Shown: positions 46,401 through 52,423 of the stretch, in pieces | How the letters are laid out: each line of letters starts with the position of its first letter | How positions within the stretch are numbered: the stretch's first letter is position 1 | Virus record (IMG/VR): IMGVR_UViG_3300020045_010931 | Location: 1 to 52,423 of that record | Origin: a virus | Lineage: Duplodnaviria > Caudoviricetes | Direction: 5' to 3' (one strand) | Length of the DNA stretch: 52,423 nt | Program-made: the position numbers and the translations under genes | Notes under the pieces: model-generated | What the model was told of the DNA's origin: nothing | The model's database searches: none | What the model saw: the letters and a program-made list of their open reading frames with translations, nothing else

Positions 46401-46577
46401 CAGTCGCCTAAAAGCATCGCCTACAAATAGTATTTTACTGGGTAACTCCTCTTTGTAGTAACTTTTACCGTCGTCTTGATAACTCCAGGAAAGTTTAAAA
46501 TCAGCCTCCCCTAATGGCTCGACCTTAAAATTACCCAGCCGGTCGGTAATCGTGTATCTATAGTTTTTTTTACTCAT
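43410..46577 (-). CDS. Tail tip/hub protein with three Ig-like (Big_9/tandem-95) repeats
   Basis: Follows the tape measure gene; N.PPVA.ND...VLANDSD...YTP...F.G.D.F.Y repeats at ~43826-44667. Confidence 0.8.
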   Translation of the reverse strand: MSKKNYRYTITDRLGNFKVEPLGEADFKLSWSYQDDGKSYYKEELPSKILFVGDAFRRLYKLERSIYRCDYIPIMVERRCVTNGIETWAPWFAGRIALNDGDFDLDRCTIELKLSETQLYSCFEDNKGQEINVLDLLAIRRTVSLIPPDIELEFLTQHVTTHPETGVGCGGFAWEGPGTFGDYGWAAYHNVQIYTPAPPPLDDGGDGPSLFAVEPSTDTCDVTTMYARQVTNVPCGGASPGPDWIAIEPFCLPGDDVGVFQKYAKPASIYNCQYTYPVEGDYNNYTMSCQVIGSSAGTGSGAISAIDNGVPLADILSYFVSNFCGGMIVKSDFFQINPDVVTNINYVTNQISKVDNIIVFQKSDVKRPTVSGNATIAKINWEQLLKTLITMFNTTWRITYDVGQGANVFRIEHVKYFDTQVIGLDLTIPRYAEFVKNMRRYSYDNPSIPREERFTFMENDYYGDFPGLPIVYNDACVTSKNASGVKNYPVEKVTTDVQLCLSNPDPDSSRVSDDGFVFVSTRLVAGVYRINSEAPILGGSVLNNSFAWAQLHRDYHRYNRPLKRGNMNGQPTDFITVRPTKKGVKLTVPLCCGDTFEPDKKVKTALGIGTINKAEFSFKSDTIELELLYQADADLTSNTPPVAGNDIVTIYQGQTIDIDVLANDSDADPGATITAVEIVIPPSSGTATVLPNKKIRYVPNPGFNGQDMLVYRILDDWSEPSNNALVVINVNPTNTAPVAGAVIFSTLKNVQLNEPAPGALANSTDDIGFVLQSYTQPANGIISINPDGALTYTPNNDFTGQDLFTFTLIDDQGLTATGNGIINVRDPNAPVANTDNYTTSKDITLTVAAPGVKDNDTTTIGSLSVIAETKTTDQGGTVAINADGSFTYTPPLNYLGMDSFDYDVTNGTFTTTGLVKVKINPPVYIDFVYTENSNIAQIRDCPIEIPEGPPSTAPISTGGFTRTGTYHLYFYQDGGKTVPYDTTGLGMTVQIHRKQTDQAGNGDPIFIAETDEVVGLTGFDMVLFTGAVEVLDKDCNSVQISYYKIEYSLTSVPVE

Positions 46578-49500
46578 TACTCGGTTTTTTTATAGGTGGT
46601 TTTTGTTTGGCCGTCCTTAATATAAAAGTTCTTGTTATCTTCCCATTGCATAGGGTCGGACCTTTTGCGGGCCACCAGGTACTCCAGGGCTTCGCGCATA
46701 ACTTTTATATCCTCCGCATTCTCGCTGACGCCATTTAAAGCGATATACGCCACTTTCGCGTCGTCCCTGGCTCTTATCTCGGTAACGCCCTCGTTCTGTA
46801 CTGTAGTGGCCAGCGTTACGCCTGTACCGGCTAAAAACTCCATTAGCTGGTCCTCGGTTAGCTGGCCATTGTTCAATCCGTCTAAAAAGTCGCCGTATTG
46901 GTCGGTAACGGTTTTTCTCATAACGTACTCCCCGCCCTCCAGTTCAATAACACCGCCGCCGCCATCAATAGATCGGTAACGTTGACCCCCGTTGTCGTGG
47001 CTTTTACCGTCGATTAAACCACCCTCTCCAAATTGCACGGCGTTATCATTTACCGCGCTAAATGCGTTCGCTTTTGCTGTAATAAACGCGCCTGTCATTA
47101 AGCCCACGGCCGCAATTGCCAGCGGGATACCCAGGCCGAACGGGATAGCTGAAAATGATTTAAAGATGTTAACGGCCGAAACGATTAACCCCGACGCCTC
47201 CGCGGCGGTATCAATAGCCAGCTGGGCCTTTTGGACCGCCTGGCGTTTCTTGATTAATTCCTGTTGTTGCTTAATCTCCTCCTCTTTCTCCTTTTTCTTT
47301 GCGTCCAGCTGGGCCTGTATGGCGGCCACGTTGTTTGCCAGGCCGTTTGCCTGTAATCCTTTCTCTCTCTCCAGCTGGGCCTCCAGGTCGTCGATTTGGC
47401 TTTCCGTTTCGTCGATAAGGTTTTGCTTTGCCTCAATCTGGCGGTCGTACTGGGCAACAATGGCGTCCGTAATTCCGGAAATACTATCTTTAATCGTATT
47501 AAAGGCTGTTGTAAGCGCCTGTTTTGCATTGTCGTCCAGGTTAGATAAACCGAACAAATCAAAAACATCAAAGGACTGGGTATCTTTTAGCCCGTCCTTT
47601 ATCTGCTTTCGTAAATCTGCTATTAACTTTTTTTGCTGGGCAATAACAAGCTGGCTCTCTTTGGTGCCGTCGTCCACCAGTAACTCCAGCTTTTTCTCTG
47701 CATACTCCAGCTGGATTTTAAGCAATTCAATATTTAGTAACTGTTGTTGCTTTTTGTTTTTCTCGTTGAACTTACCGGATAGCTGTACGCGTATCTGGTC
47801 CAGCTGTTCGTCCTGTTCAACCTCTTTTAGCGCGGCCTCCTGTCTTAACCTTAAAACCTCCCGGTTATATTTCGCCTCGTTGGCTTTTAACAGAGCGTCC
47901 CTTAATTCTATCTCGTCTTTATACTGGGTATTTATCTGGTTTTTTTTCTGCTCAAAACCAGCGGCCAAAACGTTAAGGTCCTTTTGTAGGCCGTTTTTTT
48001 CACTTTGCGCAATCTCAACGTTTGCCGCCAAACGCGCCTCCAGTCGTTTGCGCTGATATTCTTTTTCAAGTGTGGCCAGTTCGGCATTTAGGCCGGCCTG
48101 TATGGCTTTTTGTTCGGCAACGCCCTGCTTTATTATTTTGGAGTATAACGCGTTTTGCCCCCTCAAATCTGAAATTTTGGCGGCCGCAATTTTAGGGTCT
48201 ATCAAACCGGCGCCGGCCTGTTGATTTAACAGGGTTATCTCCGCGTTATTCTGGCGGATAGTTTGCTGGTAATCCCTATTACTCGCTTTGATATTGTCTA
48301 TACGGTCCTTTGCAGAGTTTTTTAATTGTACTATCTCCTTTTTGTTGCCCTCTGCCATACCCTTTAACTGTTCGTCCCGGATATTTTTGATTGACTGGAC
48401 CAGTAACGCACCTAATTTTTTACGCTCGTTATAGTCTGCATTTTCCTGGGCAACCAGGGCCTGGTTAAGGGCAATCTGCTCCGTTATAGTTTGCTGTTTT
48501 TGCGCTATCGCTTTTAGATCTATTTGGGCCATACTGGCAACAATAGCGTCAGAATTTGCCAGGCGCTCCTTACTTATTTTATCCGACTGGGCGTAATACT
48601 CTTTGTCGTCCAGTATTTCGTCGTCGTGCAACTTTGCAAGTTTTTTGGACTCCTCCGTTAGAAACCGGGTATAATTTTGCCTGGTCTGTATTTGCTCCTT
48701 TAGCCCCTTTATTTCTATCTCGGTAATCTCGCTATCCTTTGCGCCCCTTTTGTTTGCATTGGCAATACGTAGGTTTGTTAAGTTGTCGTCAGCTGTTAAC
48801 TGGTCCTTAAACAGGTCCTTTTGATTTTCCAGGGCCGCGTTAAGTTTGGCGGTCGCCTCCTCCGCGTCGCCGCTGGCGCTTGCAAATTGTATTAACGCAA
48901 TAGCGGCTAATGTTATAGCCGCGATAATCAACGTAAAGGGATTTAACAACAAAGCCGCTGTTAATCCAGCGGTTGCCGTGGTTGCCGCCTCGGTGGCCAC
49001 AACCTGGGCCTCGGTGGCGACAATTTGGGCCTCGGTCGCTACAACGTTGGTCTCCGTGGCCACCGTACCCACAACGGTTGCCTCTGTCTGTACGGCCGTG
49101 GCCGCTGTCTCCGCAATTGCCGCCGTGGTGTCGGCCGCTCTCATTCTGCTTAGTAACAATATTCCCAGTGCGCTATCTTTATTTAGAGCATTTGCCAGCG
49201 CCTGGATACCCTGTAAAACAGCCATAGCCCCGGTAACCTTTTGTATGATAACCTGGGCTTTTGCGCTTTCGCCGCCAAACAAAGCAACGGCGCCCTGGGC
49301 CGCCGTAAACGCACCGGCTAAACCTGTTATAGCACCTATGCCAGCATCCAAATATTTAGTACTGGACCCTAAGTTTTTAACCCGGTCACTTACCCCGCTT
49401 ATCTGGTTTGCCAGTTCGCCGGCCGCGTCGCTCAACTCGGTGTACTCCTCGCTGTTTTCTTCGCCATTTATGGCCATTAGCGCCAACTCCTCCCGCATTT

Positions 49501-50392
49501 GCCTCAACTTAGTGGTTAGGCTAACGGTTTTTTCTTCCGCGCCCTCCTGGGCCTCGTCCAGCTTAACAGTAGCCACGCCCATAGCGGCCAGGGCAACATT
49601 GCCGGCGTCAACCGCTTTTTTAAAAAGTTCAAACTTTGGCGTACCTGGGTCCAGCGTCCCCAGCTTTGTTGATAGCGCGGATACCTGGGCGGTCAAAATC
49701 TCCGCGTCGGTCGTTGTTTTTGATATGGTTTCGTCCAGGTTATCAATTTCGGCTTTCGTTAAAAATTGCCCTGGGTCACCAAAAAGCCTATCAAACTCCC
49801 CGGTCAATATCTCCACGGTCGGGGTCGTGTTGGCGACTGCATCGTTTAATTTATTTATAAACTCCTCCGCGGTCTGTATTTGCGTTTGCAGGGTTATAAA
49901 ACTTTGGGTACCCGGCTCCAGGTCGGCCAGGGCTTTTTTTGAGAAATCCAGGACGGCGTTAAACTCCTCGGTGTAAGTGGTCGCTTTCTTAATCTCATTT
50001 TCCAAAAATTCGATTTGCGCACTATCGAAATTTAGCCCTACATCTACGCTGGTGGCCGTCAAACTGCCCAGCCTTTGTTTTATAGCCGCTATCCTGGCCG
50101 TAAACTGTTCGCCAACGCCCTTACCGCTCAACGCGTCCGAAATATCTTTACCGGCCTGTTTTGCCTGTTCGCGCAATACCTGTACGGCTTTAGCGTCGGC
50201 CTGTATGGCGCCGGTCAACTTATCAGCTGAATTTGCGGACGTGACAAACGCCCCCTGCATCTCTTTTAAAGCGCTGGCGGCGTTTTCCCCCAGCTGTGTA
50301 ACGCCGGCGTCCATCTTATTTAACTCCGTAAAAAACGGGTTTGAATTTATGCTAAATGGTACCTCATAGTTACCGGTTCCGTTTGTTGCCAT
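46577..50392 (-). CDS. Tape measure protein
   Basis: ~1271 aa Ala/Gln/Lys-rich helical protein with hydrophobic segments and a FGEGGLIDGKSH..GG...ELEGGEYV C-terminal motif; likely start MATNG. Confidence 0.9.
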   Translation of the reverse strand: MATNGTGNYEVPFSINSNPFFTELNKMDAGVTQLGENAASALKEMQGAFVTSANSADKLTGAIQADAKAVQVLREQAKQAGKDISDALSGKGVGEQFTARIAAIKQRLGSLTATSVDVGLNFDSAQIEFLENEIKKATTYTEEFNAVLDFSKKALADLEPGTQSFITLQTQIQTAEEFINKLNDAVANTTPTVEILTGEFDRLFGDPGQFLTKAEIDNLDETISKTTTDAEILTAQVSALSTKLGTLDPGTPKFELFKKAVDAGNVALAAMGVATVKLDEAQEGAEEKTVSLTTKLRQMREELALMAINGEENSEEYTELSDAAGELANQISGVSDRVKNLGSSTKYLDAGIGAITGLAGAFTAAQGAVALFGGESAKAQVIIQKVTGAMAVLQGIQALANALNKDSALGILLLSRMRAADTTAAIAETAATAVQTEATVVGTVATETNVVATEAQIVATEAQVVATEAATTATAGLTAALLLNPFTLIIAAITLAAIALIQFASASGDAEEATAKLNAALENQKDLFKDQLTADDNLTNLRIANANKRGAKDSEITEIEIKGLKEQIQTRQNYTRFLTEESKKLAKLHDDEILDDKEYYAQSDKISKERLANSDAIVASMAQIDLKAIAQKQQTITEQIALNQALVAQENADYNERKKLGALLVQSIKNIRDEQLKGMAEGNKKEIVQLKNSAKDRIDNIKASNRDYQQTIRQNNAEITLLNQQAGAGLIDPKIAAAKISDLRGQNALYSKIIKQGVAEQKAIQAGLNAELATLEKEYQRKRLEARLAANVEIAQSEKNGLQKDLNVLAAGFEQKKNQINTQYKDEIELRDALLKANEAKYNREVLRLRQEAALKEVEQDEQLDQIRVQLSGKFNEKNKKQQQLLNIELLKIQLEYAEKKLELLVDDGTKESQLVIAQQKKLIADLRKQIKDGLKDTQSFDVFDLFGLSNLDDNAKQALTTAFNTIKDSISGITDAIVAQYDRQIEAKQNLIDETESQIDDLEAQLEREKGLQANGLANNVAAIQAQLDAKKKEKEEEIKQQQELIKKRQAVQKAQLAIDTAAEASGLIVSAVNIFKSFSAIPFGLGIPLAIAAVGLMTGAFITAKANAFSAVNDNAVQFGEGGLIDGKSHDNGGQRYRSIDGGGGVIELEGGEYVMRKTVTDQYGDFLDGLNNGQLTEDQLMEFLAGTGVTLATTVQNEGVTEIRARDDAKVAYIALNGVSENAEDIKVMREALEYLVARKRSDPMQWEDNKNFYIKDGQTKTTYKKTE

Positions 50393-50696
50393 TTTGGTAG
50401 GTTGTTTTTTCTTGTTTAATTTTCTTACGCCATAGGTCAAAAAGCGCCCAAAACTCCATAATGTGTAAACTTTTTATTCTATCATACTCCGCCAGGCTAC
50501 CCTCTGCCATTTTAAATAATAACTCTCTCCAGGTAGCGCGTAAAGCCGCGGTTTGTGCCAGTATGGTTTTACCGGCGGCTTTGTCAGCGTTTGGCCGGCC
50601 TTTTACTTGCCGTTTATTGTCCCCGTAATGGTCTGGGTAACTCTCTGATAAATTCCTAAAAAGCCACTTACTGTAGTGAGCGCCACCTGAAAAAAA
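50370..50696 (-). CDS. -1 frameshift extension of the tail assembly chaperone (gpGT-like)
   Basis: Slippery T TTT TTT at 50690-50696; the -1 frame stays open to TAA at 50370-50372 and encodes ...WRELLFKMAEGSLAEYDRIKSLHIMEFWALFD... Confidence 0.75.
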   Translation of the reverse strand, partial: FFSGGAHYSKWLFRNLSESYPDHYGDNKRQVKGRPNADKAAGKTILAQTAALRATWRELLFKMAEGSLAEYDRIKSLHIMEFWALFDLWRKKIKQEKTTYQNGNKRNR

Positions 50697-51112
50697 TCGT
50701 TCATCGCCAGGCCCTCCGCTTTCCAGTCTGAAATTTTGGTATCAATCATATCCTGGGTAATTATTGCGCGGTTTTCGTCCTTAGTATTCATAAAAAGGGC
50801 GCAAATCTTTAAAATGACCGGCTCCCGTTCCTGGACCTTTACCAGGCCGCGCTTAATGTCGCTTAGTGTTACGGCCGCGTTGGCAAAGTTGATTTTATTT
50901 AGCTGGCTCTCCAGCTTATCCAGCATATCAAACATGGCCTTAAAGGTTACCCCGAACGCCAGTTCTTTCTCTAAAATTTGAAACTCAACGTAGCGCTCTA
51001 CGCTTAAAAATTGCTCCACCGTGTACTCCTTACCGTTGGCCATAAATACCCCGGTATTGAGATCTATACGTTTAACTCCCTGGTTGCTTTGGTTTGTTGT
51101 ATCCATGATCAT
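50603..51112 (-). CDS. Tail assembly chaperone (gpG-like)
   Basis: Upstream of the tape measure gene, with a slippery heptamer near its 3' end. Confidence 0.75.
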   Translation of the reverse strand: MIMDTTNQSNQGVKRIDLNTGVFMANGKEYTVEQFLSVERYVEFQILEKELAFGVTFKAMFDMLDKLESQLNKINFANAAVTLSDIKRGLVKVQEREPVILKICALFMNTKDENRAIITQDMIDTKISDWKAEGLAMNDFFQVALTTVSGFLGIYQRVTQTITGTINGK

Positions 51113-51453
51113 TATTGTTTGTCTAAATGGTTTTTAATTAATTCTGCAAATAGTATAGCGGCGCAAATAGCAAAAAGATGCCATATAAGCGAATAAGTAC
51201 CCCAGGCGTGTATTGATACCCCGGCGATAGAAATATTAAACCTGGTGAACAGATAGAGCCATAGGGCGGCCTGTCCGGCTATGCACTTATGACAACCCCA
51301 GATAGGTTTAAAAAACCAACGCCTTTCCCATCGTTCGCCAAAACGTAACCACCAGTTTAAAATCGGCTCTCTAAATAATATTTCCTTATAAACGACCGCC
51401 GTAACGGCAACGGCCCCAGCTAATGCCAGGGCCTTAAAAAATTCTAATAGCAT
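51112..51453 (-). CDS. Three-TM membrane protein with CxxC (DUF1360-like)
   Basis: KPIWGCHKCIAG at the start of TM2; coupled (TAATG) to the tail chaperone gene. Confidence 0.65.
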   Translation of the reverse strand: MLLEFFKALALAGAVAVTAVVYKEILFREPILNWWLRFGERWERRWFFKPIWGCHKCIAGQAALWLYLFTRFNISIAGVSIHAWGTYSLIWHLFAICAAILFAELIKNHLDKQ

Positions 51454-51459
51454 ACTTTT

Positions 51460-52422
51460 TTAGTTTGGTTTGATTGCGGTAACACAAATTGTAAATGTTG
51501 AGACTGTTAACGATAATACCCCGGTGTTTTTTAATTGAACGGTGCAACCGGTGGCGGTAAAGTTAGTTAATGTTATTTGTAAGCTACTAAGCAATGTTAG
51601 ACCGGCAACTGGTGTGTATGTGGTTTGGTACGTAGCGCTCCCCATACTCTTATCGTATGTAATGGCCACGTTTATAGTTGCCCCGCCCAGAATAACGCCC
51701 ACGCCATTTGCGCAACCGCTGGCAATTGTTAAGCTGGATAACCCGCTGGGGCCGGTTGCGCCAGCGGGTCCGGTTGCGCCAGTATCTCCTTTGGGGCCGG
51801 TTGCGCCGGTGGGTCCAGCCGCGCCAGTTGCCCCAGTAGGCCCCACGTTTCCGTTATCCCCCTTAACCCCTTGCGGCCCGGTGGGTCCAGACGGACCAGC
51901 GGGGCCAGTTAAACCGGTGTCTCCTTTTGGCCCAGCTGGCCCCATTGCTCCAGTATCGCCTTTGGGTCCCTGTATCCCCTGTTGACCTTGCGGACCAGTA
52001 GCGCCATTTGCTCCAGCTGGCCCAGTTTGTCCGGCTGGCCCGGCCTGGCCTATTGCCCCAGTATCTCCTTTTTCTCCCCTTACACCCTGTACACCTTGTG
52101 GCCCTTGCGCCCCGGACGGTCCAGGCGGCCCGGTCGGTCCTGTTTGCCCAGCTGGACCGGTTGCGCCGTCGGCTCCTTTGTCCCCTTTATCGCCTTTCGG
52201 TCCGATTGCGCCGGTTGCTCCCTGGGCGCCGGTCGCCCCAGTTTGCCCGGTTTCTCCAGTTGCTCCAGGCGTCCCTTTTATCCTGGCTTGTTGCGTACCG
52301 TCCGGGTTAGTTATTATTGAGGGGGTCAACCTTACCAGGTTGTTATCAGCTACGCCGTTTTTCCATTGGTAATTAACCACGGTCGCGCCCACTTTGATAC
52401 CTACAACAAAGCCGGCCCTTAA
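51460..52422 (-). CDS. Collagen-like fibre protein (5'-truncated by the window edge)
   Basis: About 59 uninterrupted G-X-Y triplets and a C-terminal beta domain; the frame stays open to the end of the window. Confidence 0.85.
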   Translation of the reverse strand, partial: LRAGFVVGIKVGATVVNYQWKNGVADNNLVRLTPSIITNPDGTQQARIKGTPGATGETGQTGATGAQGATGAIGPKGDKGDKGADGATGPAGQTGPTGPPGPSGAQGPQGVQGVRGEKGDTGAIGQAGPAGQTGPAGANGATGPQGQQGIQGPKGDTGAMGPAGPKGDTGLTGPAGPSGPTGPQGVKGDNGNVGPTGATGAAGPTGATGPKGDTGATGPAGATGPSGLSSLTIASGCANGVGVILGGATINVAITYDKSMGSATYQTTYTPVAGLTLLSSLQITLTNFTATGCTVQLKNTGVLSLTVSTFTICVTAIKPN

Positions 52423-52423
52423 C

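Noticed and set aside
46632-50369. Long plus-strand ORFs (e.g. 46992..48056, 48846..49976)
   Set aside because: Antisense shadows of the tape measure gene with no recognisable motifs or expression signals
51542-52372. Plus-strand Pro/Gly repeat ORFs
   Set aside because: Antisense reading of the collagen G-X-Y codons
1-52423. Stop-codon reassignment as in some crAss-like phages
   Set aside because: Core genes are full length in the standard code, and TAG and TGA end genes at sensible, often coupled, positions

Overview
This window is a near-complete ~52 kb tailed-phage genome (siphovirus-like, Caudoviricetes). All credible genes are on the minus strand. Repeated TTTG-N17-21-TAnnTTTG promoters point to a Bacteroidota host. 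In transcription order (right to left) it carries: a collagen-like fibre (truncated at the window edge), a small CxxC membrane protein, a tail chaperone with a -1 frameshift, tape measure, tail-tip proteins with Ig-like and DUF5977-like repeats, tail tube, three paralogous modular proteins, a lysis cassette (holins, unimolecular spanin, NlpC/P60 endolysin), a PAPS-reductase-family gene, a Cro-like HTH, YqaJ/SSAP recombination genes, a replication initiator with internal iterons, accessory genes (HNH, ASCH, HU), terS/terL, a ~7.5 kb block of promoter-flanked small-gene cassettes, and the head genes (portal, minor head, scaffold, major capsid, neck). I saw no integrase, divergent repressor, tRNA, CRISPR array or reverse transcriptase. 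Bases 1-155 look like a fold-back artefact. The most interesting hypotheses are: (1) a cytoplasm-facing CxxC membrane protein that could form disulfides in unusually Cys-rich virion proteins; (2) a second iteron-like cluster 12.6 kb from the origin; (3) a promoter/terminator-bounded small RNA that is complementary to phage mRNA leaders; (4) a three-gene anchor-plus-cargo module. All family assignments come from recognising motifs by eye, not from database searches.
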